This document shows positions 47,869 through 57,834 of a stretch of DNA of 64,000 nucleotides, piece after piece. The DNA is taken from contig OZ242383.1 in NCBI GenBank assembly GCA_965209155.1, positions 4,194,201-4,258,200 of the forward strand, read 5' to 3'. This stretch comes from a bacterium. GTDB lineage: Bacteria; SAR324; NAC60-12. Position numbers and translations under genes: made by a program. The notes beneath the pieces were generated by a model. It ran no database searches. It was not told the DNA's origin and worked only from the letters and a program-made list of their open reading frames with translations. Position 1 is the stretch's first letter. Every line of letters starts with the position of its first letter.

Positions 47869-48750
47869 ATGTCATTTTTAAATATCGATCATGTCACCAA
47901 GGTCTTTCCACTCTTGGATAGTAAAATCAATCAAGGTGAGACCTTCGTGGTTTTCCAGGACGTCGACTTGAAGATCAAGGAGGGTGAATTCGTCACCATG
48001 ATCGGCCATTCCGGCTGTGGCAAAAGTACCTTGCTCAACATCATTGCAGGTTTTGACAGCGCCACGGAAGGAGGAATTGTTTTGGACGACAAGGAAATTA
48101 CCAAACCCGGTTTGGATCGCATGGTGGTCTTTCAAAACTTTGCCTTGATGCCATGGATTTCAACCTTCGAGAACGTTCGCATCGCGGTGCGTTCGGCCCA
48201 CCCGGATTGGAGTAAAACCAAAGTGAGAGACTGGACGCAAAAATATATCGACATGATGAGTCTCAAAGGCGCGGAGCGCAAGAAGCCCGCCTTTTTGTCG
48301 GGGGGAATGCGACAACGGGTCGGTTTGGCCAGGGCATTTGCAGTGGAACCCAAAGTGCTGCTCCTCGATGAACCCTTTGCGCAAATCGATGCTTTGACTC
48401 GAGGAGCCATTCAAGAGGAATTGATTCGTATGTGGACCGCAACCCGGAACACAGTCTTTATGGTCACTCATGACGTGGATGAAGCCATTTTGCTTTCCGA
48501 CCGTATCGCTTTGATGACCAATGGTCCCAATGCTGAATTGGCCGAAACCCTGGAAGTCACCATCCCCCGGCCTCGCTCCCGGGAACGCCTGATCGACTCA
48601 CAGGATTACATCGAGATCCGCAGCCATATTCTTCGTTTTCTGGTAAAGGGTTCCAAACGAGTGGATTTTGATTTAACAGCGCCACCTCCGCCTGCAGAAC
48701 CCGAAAAGGATTGCTCCGGAGAGAAAATCGCCATTCCTTCAGCAGCTTGA
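47869..48750 (+). CDS. ABC transporter ATP-binding protein (NrtD/CynD-like)
   Basis: ORF trimmed to ATG at 47869 (AAAGGAG SD); Walker A GHSGCGKST, ABC signature LSGGMRQR, Walker B LLLDEP. Confidence 0.8.
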   Translation: MSFLNIDHVTKVFPLLDSKINQGETFVVFQDVDLKIKEGEFVTMIGHSGCGKSTLLNIIAGFDSATEGGIVLDDKEITKPGLDRMVVFQNFALMPWISTFENVRIAVRSAHPDWSKTKVRDWTQKYIDMMSLKGAERKKPAFLSGGMRQRVGLARAFAVEPKVLLLDEPFAQIDALTRGAIQEELIRMWTATRNTVFMVTHDVDEAILLSDRIALMTNGPNAELAETLEVTIPRPRSRERLIDSQDYIEIRSHILRFLVKGSKRVDFDLTAPPPPAEPEKDCSGEKIAIPSAA

Positions 48751-49107
48751 TTGCACGTCGTCCGGATTCCTGTTCAATCCAGGAATGACACATAGAAAAT
48801 TGTCATACCGGACTGGATCCGGTATCCGGGTTTCGTGCCGCTTTCCTGCAATCCCCTTTGCGCCTTTGCGCCTCTCCTTTGTGCCTGGCACCTGACGTCA
48901 GTTTTCCAACTGTCAATAAAAGGAGCCCTCTCGTTCAAAAGAATTGAATTTGCAATTTCAAGTGTGCTACAAATTATTCTTCTTCTAGTCGGTTCTGAAC
49001 CAGTAAACCATTTCGTTTCCCGCAGGAAGTCCCAGAGTGTTTCTCGTATGGATAACGGTTTTTTACTGACAGGACCCCGGTAAAATATGAATAATGAGGA
49101 GTAATTT

Positions 49108-50148
49108 ATGAAAAAAACATGGATATTGGCGGGTTTGATTTTATTTTTCTCTGCGCAAATTTGGGCCGAAACCAAAGTGGCTCTTATTTTTGATGCAGGT
49201 GGAAAATTCGACAAGAGCTTCAACCAGTCTGCTTGGGAGGGGGCAGTCAAGGCAAGAGACGAATTGGGGATCACGTTGAAAGACGTAGAGCCCGGAGACA
49301 CGAGCGCGATTGAAGAAGCGTTCCGTGCTTTCGCAGGGCAAGGTTACGACATATTGTTTGGCGTTGGTTTTGCCAATGCCCCCAGTGTCGAGAAAGTGGC
49401 CATGGAATTCCCCAACGTCAATTTTGCCATCGTGGACAGCGTGGTCGATTTACCAAACGTGGCGTCCCTGGTCTTCAAGGAACACGAAGGTTCATTCCTG
49501 GTTGGGATGATTGCCGCCATGCGTTCCCGGGAAATCGAGGGCAAACGAATGGTGGGTTTTATCGGAGGGATGGACATTCCCTTGATTCACAAATTCGAGC
49601 AAGGTTATCGTCAAGGGGCGGAATTAGTGCAACCGGGTATCGAGGTGATTGCCAATTACGTGGGAAACACGCCGACTGCCTGGAATGATCCGGCCAAGGC
49701 CAAAGAGATCGCCAATTCGCAAATATCGAAAGGCGCCTCCGTCATTTATGCGGCAGCCGGCGCTTCCGGAAATGGGTTGTTCGATGCGATCAAAGAAACC
49801 AATCCCAAAGGACCCTGTCTTCCCGAATCAGAGAATATGAAACGCATGGATGCTTGCGTCTACGCCATTGGAGTCGATGCCAATCAAAATTACATCGTCC
49901 CCGGGCAGGTGCTGACCTCCATGCTCAAACGCGTGGACGTTGCCGTATTCGAAACCATCCGGCGCGTGGACGACGGGAGCTTCCAGGGTGGTATCAATGT
50001 CTTTGATTTGACGAACAACGGAGTGGGTTATGCCTTGGATGAGCACAATCGACGCCTGGTGAGCAAAAAAATGCAGGAAGTGGTGGACCAGTACCGGATG
50101 AAAATCATCAATGGTGAAATCATGGTCCATGACCCCACTGCCGAATAG
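49108..50148 (+). CDS. BMP-family (PnrA/Med-like) ABC transporter substrate-binding lipoprotein, nucleoside-type
   Basis: 346 aa with signal peptide; BMP-family pattern (KVALIFDAGGKFDKSFNQSAWEG). Confidence 0.75.
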   Translation: MKKTWILAGLILFFSAQIWAETKVALIFDAGGKFDKSFNQSAWEGAVKARDELGITLKDVEPGDTSAIEEAFRAFAGQGYDILFGVGFANAPSVEKVAMEFPNVNFAIVDSVVDLPNVASLVFKEHEGSFLVGMIAAMRSREIEGKRMVGFIGGMDIPLIHKFEQGYRQGAELVQPGIEVIANYVGNTPTAWNDPAKAKEIANSQISKGASVIYAAAGASGNGLFDAIKETNPKGPCLPESENMKRMDACVYAIGVDANQNYIVPGQVLTSMLKRVDVAVFETIRRVDDGSFQGGINVFDLTNNGVGYALDEHNRRLVSKKMQEVVDQYRMKIINGEIMVHDPTAE

Positions 50149-50255
50149 CTCAGGCGCGGTAGCCGGGCCATTGGAAGGGGCGCTCGTGCGGAGCGCTCCT
50201 TCCCTCTTATCGAGTTCCAGGCAGTTGAAGTGAGTTGTCAAGAGCAGGGGGATCC

Positions 50256-51773
50256 ATGTATGCCGTCGAAATGAAATCCATCAGCAAAAATTTTGGAGAA
50301 GTGAGGGCCAACGATGCGGTGGACTTGAACGTCAAAGCGGGGCAGATCCATGCCATCGTTGGTGAAAACGGGGCCGGGAAGACCACCATAATGGAAATCC
50401 TCTATGGTTTCTATCAAGCGGATTCCGGGGAAATCAGTATATTCGGCAAACCCGTCCGCATCGAAAATTCGCACAAAGCGATTGACCTGGGCATTGGAAT
50501 GGTCCACCAGCATTTCATGCTGATTCCACCCTTGACGGTTACCGAAAATATAATATTGGGGATGGAGCCGATCCACCATGGCGGGTTGCTGAAAATGCAG
50601 GAAGCCGTGGAAAAAATCAAGGAAATCTCGAAAGAATATGGTCTGCAAATCGACCCTTCGACCAAAGTAGAAACGCTGCCCGTGGGTCTGCAGCAACGGG
50701 TTGAAATTCTCAAAGCCCTTTACCGCGGGGCCGAGATCCTGATTTTGGACGAACCGACCTCCGTGCTCACGCCGCTGGAAGTCCGAAGTTTTTTCCACAT
50801 CCTGAGTCGCTTGGTGGAGCAGGGAAAAACGATCATCATCATTACCCATAAATTGAACGAGGTGCTGGAAATTTCCCATGAAGTGACCGTGATGCGTGGT
50901 GGCAAAAAAGTGGCGCAGCTGTCTACCCAAGACGCGAACCCGGAATTGTTGGCGACGATGATGGTCGGACGGGACGTCCTGCTGCAAGTGGACAAAAAAC
51001 CGGTTAATCCCGGAGAGGCGCTCCTCAAGGTGGAAAACGTCTCGGTGGAAGTGGAAGGTCAGGCACGGTTGAAAAATATTTCATTTGAAGTACGAGCAGG
51101 AGAAGTCCTGGGGATTGCTGGAGTGGAAGGCAACGGTCAGACTGAAATTGTTGAAATCCTCACGGGCCTGCGTGCCTCGGATTCCGGTAGAATTTTGTAC
51201 CGGGAGCGGTCGATCACCAACGTCTCCGCCCGGCAAATCAAGGAACGCAAAATCGGCCACGTGCCGGCAGATCGAAAAACGCACGGCTACGTACCCGGTT
51301 ACAGCAATGCCCAAAATCTGATTCTCGGATTTCATTACCTGCCCCCTTGTTGTCGAAAAAATGGTTTTTTTGATTTCGAGGCCATCGAAAACAATGCCCG
51401 GCAGCTGATCCAGGAATACAATATCCAGCCTCCTTTCAGCGAATTGCCCACCGACAAATTGTCGGGAGGCAACCAGCAAAAATTGATCGTCGCCCGCGAA
51501 TTCAGCCGGGACCCGGAGTTGTTGATCGTTTCCCAACTCACCCGGGGAGTGGATATTGGCGCTATTGAGTTCATTCATCAAAAAATTCTCGACTTGAGGG
51601 ACCAGGGAAAGGCGGTGCTGCTGATTTCCGCGGAACTCGAAGAAATCCGCTCTTTGTCGGACCGGGCCCTGGTATTCTTCGAAGGTAACATCACGGGCGA
51701 AATCGACCTGGAGCATTTTGACGAAAAGGAAATAGGGCTCATGATGACCGGACAAATGAAAAAGATTGCATGA
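50256..51773 (+). CDS. ABC transporter ATP-binding protein with two tandem ABC domains
   Basis: ORF trimmed to ATG at 50256; two nucleotide-binding domains (GENGAGKTT ... LSGGNQQK). Confidence 0.8.
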   Translation: MYAVEMKSISKNFGEVRANDAVDLNVKAGQIHAIVGENGAGKTTIMEILYGFYQADSGEISIFGKPVRIENSHKAIDLGIGMVHQHFMLIPPLTVTENIILGMEPIHHGGLLKMQEAVEKIKEISKEYGLQIDPSTKVETLPVGLQQRVEILKALYRGAEILILDEPTSVLTPLEVRSFFHILSRLVEQGKTIIIITHKLNEVLEISHEVTVMRGGKKVAQLSTQDANPELLATMMVGRDVLLQVDKKPVNPGEALLKVENVSVEVEGQARLKNISFEVRAGEVLGIAGVEGNGQTEIVEILTGLRASDSGRILYRERSITNVSARQIKERKIGHVPADRKTHGYVPGYSNAQNLILGFHYLPPCCRKNGFFDFEAIENNARQLIQEYNIQPPFSELPTDKLSGGNQQKLIVAREFSRDPELLIVSQLTRGVDIGAIEFIHQKILDLRDQGKAVLLISAELEEIRSLSDRALVFFEGNITGEIDLEHFDEKEIGLMMTGQMKKIA

Positions 51774-51893
51774 CTTTGAAAAACTGACTGAAAAGACAGG
51801 GGAAGAGGATGACAGGTACGCCAGGATATTCCCATCATTGCAGATTTATGTCGAATTCAGCTTGAATCAGTATTTTCCCGAACCGGAATAAGA

Positions 51894-52937
51894 ATGTTTC
51901 AAAAATATGAAGTGATCATCCTTCCGCTACTGGCGGTGTTGGTGTCCTTGGTCGTAGGGGCCGTCTTGATCCTTGCCGTGGGAGAAAATCCACTGGAAGC
52001 CTACTGGTTTTTCTTGCAGAATTCACTTTTATCCCTGAGCGGCATCGGCTACACCTTGTTTTATGCCACCCCCTTGATTTTCACGGGGCTGGCGGTCGCT
52101 TTCGGTTTCCATTGCGGCCTGTTCAACATCGGGGGCGAAGGTCAACTGTACATGGGTACCATGATGCTGGCCCTGGTAGCGATCTGGCTGAATGGAGCGT
52201 CGGCATGGATCCTGGTCCCACTTTGTTTTCTCACCGCATTCCTCGCAGGAGGGATCTGGGGAGGAATTCCAGGATATTTGAAAGCCAGGTTCGGGGGGCA
52301 TGAAGTGATCAACACGATCATGATGAATTTCATTGCCTTCGGTCTGACCAACTACCTGGTGGTCGGACCTTTCCATCGCAAGGGAACGCAGGTTCTGGAA
52401 ACCGAATTTATCCCGGAAGAAGCACGGATCCCGCGACTGCACGACTGGATTCCCAGCGTCCCGGAATCGTTACCGCTCAACCTGGGCTTCCTGGTAGCGC
52501 TGGCGATGTGCGTGGTGGTTTATTTGATGTTGTGGAAAACCAGGTGGGGCTACGAAATTCGCGCAGTGGGGACCAGCAATTCGGTTGCGGAATATGCGGG
52601 GATCCCCGTCAAGCGAAATATGATTCTCGCCATGTTTCTCTCCGGCGGTTTTGCCGGGTTGGTCGGGGTGCATGAAGTGATGGGATATCGCTTCACCTAC
52701 CATGACAATTTTTCCAATGGCGCAGGATTCATCGGCATTGCGGTAGCGCTCTTGGGGAGAAATCACCCGGTGGGAATTATTCTCGCATCGTTGCTCTTCG
52801 GCGCGCTCAGCCGGGGAGGTTTGTTCCTGGATTTGCAGTTCGAAAGCCTCTCCCGGGATTTCGTCATGGTCTTGCAAGGAGTGATCGTCCTCTTCGTGGC
52901 CACAGACCAGTTGTTTAAAAAATTATTCCGCTTGTAA
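51894..52937 (+). CDS. ABC transporter permease (BMP-associated)
   Basis: 347 aa, polytopic membrane protein in operon with the BMP SBP and ATPase. Confidence 0.75.
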   Translation: MFQKYEVIILPLLAVLVSLVVGAVLILAVGENPLEAYWFFLQNSLLSLSGIGYTLFYATPLIFTGLAVAFGFHCGLFNIGGEGQLYMGTMMLALVAIWLNGASAWILVPLCFLTAFLAGGIWGGIPGYLKARFGGHEVINTIMMNFIAFGLTNYLVVGPFHRKGTQVLETEFIPEEARIPRLHDWIPSVPESLPLNLGFLVALAMCVVVYLMLWKTRWGYEIRAVGTSNSVAEYAGIPVKRNMILAMFLSGGFAGLVGVHEVMGYRFTYHDNFSNGAGFIGIAVALLGRNHPVGIILASLLFGALSRGGLFLDLQFESLSRDFVMVLQGVIVLFVATDQLFKKLFRL

Positions 52938-52952
52938 ATACGCAATGGCTCC

Positions 52953-54185
52953 ATGAAAGAAAATGTTTCATCAAATCTCCGGGAAATCATCAAACGGCTT
53001 CCGAAAAGCGACCTCCACGTCCACCTCGATGGTTCGATCCGTTTGGAAACCCTGATCGAAATTTCCAGGAAAGAGAAGCTCGATCTTCCCAGTTTCACGG
53101 GGGAGGGGCTGAACGAAATGTTATTCAAATCCCGCCATGAAAACCTGGAAGGATACCTGGAGACCTTCGCTTATTCATGCGCGGTGATGCAGAAGCCGGA
53201 ATATTTGGAACAAATTGCCTATGAATTCGCATTGGACAATCAAAACGAAGGGGTGCGCTACGTGGAAGTGCGTTTTGCGCCTCAATTGCTGGTCAACCGT
53301 CACCAGGACCTGGAGACGGTCCTCGAGCGCGTCAACAAAGGATTGTCGAAAGCGCAGCAAGAATTCAATCACCGGCCCGAGGTGCGTTGCGGGCAGGCTC
53401 CCCCATTTTACTTTGGCCTGATAGCCTGCGCGATGAGAAACTTTGGTCCCGTTTCGGATTATTATAAGACCCTCATCGAGTTACTTGCGCATTCGGAGAT
53501 GCTGGAAATCCGCAAACTGGCGTCTATGGAACTGGCCAGGGCGGTCGTGCGGATTCGCGACGAACGGGCCATTCCCATTGTCGGGTTCGACCTGGCAGGA
53601 GCGGAAACGGGTTACCCGGCCAAGGAGCACTGGGAAGCTTATCAATATGCGCATGAATCCTTTATGCACAAGACGGTGCACGCGGGGGAGGCTTATGGGC
53701 CCGAATCCATTTTCCAGGCAATAACCGAGTTGCACGCAGACCGCATCGGCCATGGATACTATCTCTTCGATTCCTCGAAAATCAGGGATCCGCGCATTCA
53801 TGACAAGGAACGATATATTTCGGATTTGTGCCAGTATATCGCCGACCGGCGGATTTCCATCGAAGTTTGTCTCAGCAGCAACTTGCAAACCAACCCGACG
53901 ATTGGCAGGGTGGAAAATCACAATTTTCGTAAAATGCTGGATAACAAGTTGAGCACTTCCCTCTGTACGGACAATCGCACGGTCAGTAAAACAACGGTTA
54001 CGGATGAAATATGCCTGGCAATGGAAGGATTCGGTTTAGAAAAAAACTCCTTGAAAAATTGCATCACTTATGGCTTCAAACGGAGTTTTTTTCCGAAAAG
54101 CTATCTGGAGAAACGTCAATACGTCCGTCGATGCATCGACTACTATGAACAGTTAACGGAAGGAATTCCCGAATTGGAAGCTTGA
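52953..54185 (+). CDS. add: Adenosine deaminase family protein
   Basis: 410 aa; metal-binding LHVHLDGS near N-terminus and downstream HAGE motif; located between the two permease genes. Confidence 0.75.
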   Translation: MKENVSSNLREIIKRLPKSDLHVHLDGSIRLETLIEISRKEKLDLPSFTGEGLNEMLFKSRHENLEGYLETFAYSCAVMQKPEYLEQIAYEFALDNQNEGVRYVEVRFAPQLLVNRHQDLETVLERVNKGLSKAQQEFNHRPEVRCGQAPPFYFGLIACAMRNFGPVSDYYKTLIELLAHSEMLEIRKLASMELARAVVRIRDERAIPIVGFDLAGAETGYPAKEHWEAYQYAHESFMHKTVHAGEAYGPESIFQAITELHADRIGHGYYLFDSSKIRDPRIHDKERYISDLCQYIADRRISIEVCLSSNLQTNPTIGRVENHNFRKMLDNKLSTSLCTDNRTVSKTTVTDEICLAMEGFGLEKNSLKNCITYGFKRSFFPKSYLEKRQYVRRCIDYYEQLTEGIPELEA

Positions 54186-54189
54186 AGGT

Positions 54190-55116
54190 ATGTGGGAAAT
54201 ATTCGATTTGGAGTTAATCAGTTCCGGCGTACGGTTGTCGACTCCATTGATCCTGGCAGCATTGGGTGGGATGTTTTCGGAGCGCTCGGGCGTGGTCAAC
54301 ATCGCCTTGGATGGGATCATGATTTTCGGGGCATTCGCTGCGGCTTCAGTGGCCTATGAGTTGAATAACCCCTGGATGGGTTTGTTGGCGGCAGTCATCG
54401 TGGGGGGATTGATCGCCCATTTGCATGGGGTGACGAGCATCCGCTACCAGGCCGATCAAATCGTCAGTGGAACCGCCATCAACTTGCTGGCAATCGGAGT
54501 GCCGGCCATGTTGGCGAACGCATTATATGGTTCGACCAGCATCACCCCTAACCTGGAGCTGCCCTTGCCGGTTATCGAACTCCCTTTGATTTCGGAAATT
54601 CCGGTATTGAACGTATTGATCGGAAAATATTCCTTCCTGGTTTATTTCGCCTTTTTGATGGTGCCTCTTTCCTGGTTCGTTTTGTTCAAGACGAGTTTTG
54701 GGTTGCGTCTTCGTTCCGTGGGGGAAAACCCGGATGCTGCGGCAACAGCAGGAGTGAACGTCTACCTGATGCGCTTCTACGGAGTGTGGCTCAGCGGTAT
54801 CCTGGCGGGATTGGGAGGAGCCTTCCTCTCCATTGCGCACGGCAGCGCTTACGTACGTGATATTTCCGCAGGAAGAGGATTCATTGCCCTGGCCGCCTTG
54901 ATTTTCGGAAGATACAACCCCAAATTGACCCTGGTGGGTTGTCTCTTGTTCGGAATTGCCGACGCATTTCAAATCCGCGTTCAAGGGGCCGTGGACATTC
55001 CCGTACAGTTTATCCAGATATTTCCATACGTCTTGACGATGATCGTGTTGGCCGGTCTGATTGGCAGGGCCCGGGTCCCGGCAGCCGATGGAATACCCTA
55101 TACGCAGTCGAAATAG
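54190..55116 (+). CDS. ABC transporter permease (second permease of nucleoside transporter)
   Basis: 308 aa, polytopic membrane protein. Confidence 0.75.
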   Translation: MWEIFDLELISSGVRLSTPLILAALGGMFSERSGVVNIALDGIMIFGAFAAASVAYELNNPWMGLLAAVIVGGLIAHLHGVTSIRYQADQIVSGTAINLLAIGVPAMLANALYGSTSITPNLELPLPVIELPLISEIPVLNVLIGKYSFLVYFAFLMVPLSWFVLFKTSFGLRLRSVGENPDAAATAGVNVYLMRFYGVWLSGILAGLGGAFLSIAHGSAYVRDISAGRGFIALAALIFGRYNPKLTLVGCLLFGIADAFQIRVQGAVDIPVQFIQIFPYVLTMIVLAGLIGRARVPAADGIPYTQSK

Positions 55117-55123
55117 GTACGAT

Positions 55124-55723
55124 ATGCAACCCCTGAAAAGTTTTCTGGTCTTCCTCTTTTGCCTGTTCCTGTACGGAGAAAATGTGCTCCCGCAAACCAA
55201 ATCTTCGCAACCCCTTACGGAAAATCAATCCACAGGCAGCGGAGAAAAACAAGTCGATGTCGAATTGTCGGAAATGGACTGGGATGCGGAGGAGAACGAA
55301 GACAGCGGAACTACCCCTGTCAGCGACCTGCAAAACATCAACTGGGACCAGGAAGATCCCGAGGAAGCGGCTGTCGAAGACGCGACCTCCGGCACGCTGG
55401 ATGAATCCTCGACTTCCGGCTTGCAAAGTATCAATTGGGATGACGAAGGGAGTGACGATGAACCGGCTGACTTCATTCAACCCCCGCCATCCCGGGAGGC
55501 AAGCGAAGCATTGTCGGAAGGACGAATCTTGTTCATTCACTGGAGCGGCGCCCTCCTCTTCTTACTTTACGTCACCGGAAGTCTGGGGAGCGGGTATTTT
55601 CTCAGAAATTCGACGCTGTCTGCTCGTTTCCCACCCGATATCCTGATCGTATTGCACACCTTCTGGCCTTTGGAGTGGGCAATGCTACCTTTTTTCAGGC
55701 AAAAGAAAGACGTTGATGAATGA
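55124..55723 (+). CDS. Hypothetical acidic secreted/membrane-anchored protein
   Basis: ORF 55061..55723 trimmed to ATG at 55124 (signal peptide MQPLKSFLVFLFCLFLYG); acidic Ser/Asp/Glu-rich middle, hydrophobic C-terminal segment. Confidence 0.4.
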   Translation: MQPLKSFLVFLFCLFLYGENVLPQTKSSQPLTENQSTGSGEKQVDVELSEMDWDAEENEDSGTTPVSDLQNINWDQEDPEEAAVEDATSGTLDESSTSGLQSINWDDEGSDDEPADFIQPPPSREASEALSEGRILFIHWSGALLFLLYVTGSLGSGYFLRNSTLSARFPPDILIVLHTFWPLEWAMLPFFRQKKDVDE

Positions 55724-55750
55724 TCATTGCCAACAACGCGGAAAGGTTGA

Positions 55751-56341
55751 ATGAGAAGCGATCGATTGAAGGAGCAACTGGCTTTTCTCGTAGAAATCGA
55801 TAAATTGAAGAGCATCGTGAGGCAAACCCATTTACTGGATACGCCTCGTCGTGAAAATTCTGCGGAGCATAGTTGGCACGTCGCCATGATGGCCATCTTG
55901 CTCTGCGAATATGCGAGGGAAGCCATCGACCCACTCCGGGTTCTCCAAATGCTCTTGATCCACGATATCGTGGAAATCGACGCAGGAGACACTTTTTGTT
56001 ATGATCCGCAAAGCGCTTTGGATAAAGAACAACGCGAAAAAGAAGCAGCCGATCGGATTTTCGGCTTACTGCCCGACGACCAGGGAGACGAGTTGCGAGC
56101 GCTTTGGGAGGAATTCGAGGCGAAACGAACCCCGGAAGCGAAATTTGCGAGCGCCATGGATCGACTGATGCCTTTGTTGCACAACTACCATAGCCAGGGC
56201 AAGGGATGGAAAGAGCATGCGATCACTCGATCACAGGTCATGGGACATAACGGGCAAATTCAAGCCGGTTCGACAAAGCTCTGGCATTTGGCCATTGAAA
56301 TAATTGATGAATCCGTGCAAAAAGGATATTTGGCTCCCTGA
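55751..56341 (+). CDS. HD-domain phosphohydrolase (YfbR-like 5-prime-deoxynucleotidase family)
   Basis: 196 aa; HD motif (NSAEHSWHVAMMA ... LIHDIVEIDAGD). Confidence 0.75.
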   Translation: MRSDRLKEQLAFLVEIDKLKSIVRQTHLLDTPRRENSAEHSWHVAMMAILLCEYAREAIDPLRVLQMLLIHDIVEIDAGDTFCYDPQSALDKEQREKEAADRIFGLLPDDQGDELRALWEEFEAKRTPEAKFASAMDRLMPLLHNYHSQGKGWKEHAITRSQVMGHNGQIQAGSTKLWHLAIEIIDESVQKGYLAP

Positions 56342-56545
56342 AAACCATTGGAAATGCCGACGTAATTGTTGACGGGCATTCCCAGAATCCCCTTTTCGAT
56401 CCGGGCGTCCAAAATCGAACGATGATCGTTCAAGCGCATGAATGGGGATCGATGCTGGCGCTTCTCGAGCCTTACCGGAAAATTGGAAAAAAAAATTGGA
56501 ACGCATTGTCGACCGGAGTATTGAAAAAAATGAGTCCTTATCGAA

Positions 56546-57679
56546 TTGAAGCCCTGGTCCACACGGAATGGCCACTCCCGGCTTCTCCCCCTTCCACCTG
56601 GAAAATCCTCCATGCTTTTATCGACCCTTGAAGAATCTTCGGACCTGGTCGCATTGCTCCATCGAGTGCGTTGCCTGGTATTCGATCTCAACAGCTTGCC
56701 AGCCATGCAATCCGGAGGAGAGTGGGAATTCCTCACGCCATTTTTTCAGGTATTGCTCGAGCGGGATTATCATTTGACCGTCGTTTGGGAGAATCCCGAT
56801 TATCCCGCAGAGTGGCGCAATCAAAAAAAATTAACGGTGGTTCGTATTCCTCGCAGCAAGGCGACCCTGATCTTTGAAAACCAGATCCTCTTTTCCCCGG
56901 AGTATTTCTGGGTTACCGAAAATCCGGACATCCAATCGTACCTGGCCGGGAAAAAATGTTTGTTCGCGTATGACAGTCTCCGCTCCGAGCAGGCGCCGGG
57001 GATTCACTACAAGCACCTCAGGGATTTGCTCGAGCTTTTCAATCCAAGCCAGCATACGGTGATGCGGTTGAGTGAAAGGATTGTCGAGCTGAAATCTCGA
57101 GCCCCTCGACAACCCTTGATCGTTGGCATCGGGGGACCGGATGAATGCGGGCACGCCTATTTTATCGAGGCCCTGATCGATGCATTGGAAAAACGCGATG
57201 TCCTGGTCGAAGGACTGGATTTGACGGAACTGGTTTCCACGGAGTTCCATGCCCGCCATTACTGGCGTTCGGATGAGATCGAGCAATGGATGATGCAGGA
57301 GTGCCTGCTTCCTTTTTCAGAAGGACGTCGCGTATTCATGGAGAATCCGCCTGCGTTCCTGGAACCCTATGAAACCAATGTTTACCCCTTCTTCCTGGCC
57401 CCTGAAATGGTTTTGGTGGTTTGGGGGACTGCACTCTTTGTCCCACCCCTGCAGCATATCATGGATACCGGGATTTTATTGGAAATGTCGCCAAAGGCAG
57501 CCACCGCCCGGCTTTTTGGCCTCGATGAACGGGAAAATTTCGATCCTGAATTTATCCGCAAGTACGAGCGCAATGACGGGCGGTTGTATGAAGATTACCT
57601 GCAGAAATACAAAGTGCGAGACTGGGTGACGCAACGGGTGGATTTTGACAACTTCCATGCATTCCAACTGAAACCCTAG
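56546..57679 (+). CDS. Hypothetical protein, possibly nucleoside/nucleotide kinase-like with degenerate P-loop
   Basis: 377 aa; glycine-rich loop IVGIGGPDECGHAYF lacks the Walker A lysine; start codon uncertain. Confidence 0.4.
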   Translation: MKPWSTRNGHSRLLPLPPGKSSMLLSTLEESSDLVALLHRVRCLVFDLNSLPAMQSGGEWEFLTPFFQVLLERDYHLTVVWENPDYPAEWRNQKKLTVVRIPRSKATLIFENQILFSPEYFWVTENPDIQSYLAGKKCLFAYDSLRSEQAPGIHYKHLRDLLELFNPSQHTVMRLSERIVELKSRAPRQPLIVGIGGPDECGHAYFIEALIDALEKRDVLVEGLDLTELVSTEFHARHYWRSDEIEQWMMQECLLPFSEGRRVFMENPPAFLEPYETNVYPFFLAPEMVLVVWGTALFVPPLQHIMDTGILLEMSPKAATARLFGLDERENFDPEFIRKYERNDGRLYEDYLQKYKVRDWVTQRVDFDNFHAFQLKP

Positions 57680-57834
57680 CACTTCACCGGTATTAGAACC
57701 ACTGCATATCCGCGCCTCCCGGCATGTCATTCCCGCGAAAGAGGGAATCCAGAGTCCTTCGCCGCAGGTCCGCGCCATCCCTGCGAGTCCTTCCCGGCTT
57801 GCCCTGGAATCCAGATCCCTATGGTCCTGGCAGT

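Noticed and set aside
48774-49301. 175-aa minus-strand ORF
   Set aside because: Spans the intergenic region and the 5-prime end of the BMP SBP gene on the opposite strand, with no SD or recognisable domain; likely spurious.
50238-50987. 249-aa minus-strand ORF (and 51081..51755 minus)
   Set aside because: Antisense to the dual-domain ABC ATPase gene, which has unambiguous Walker and signature motifs.
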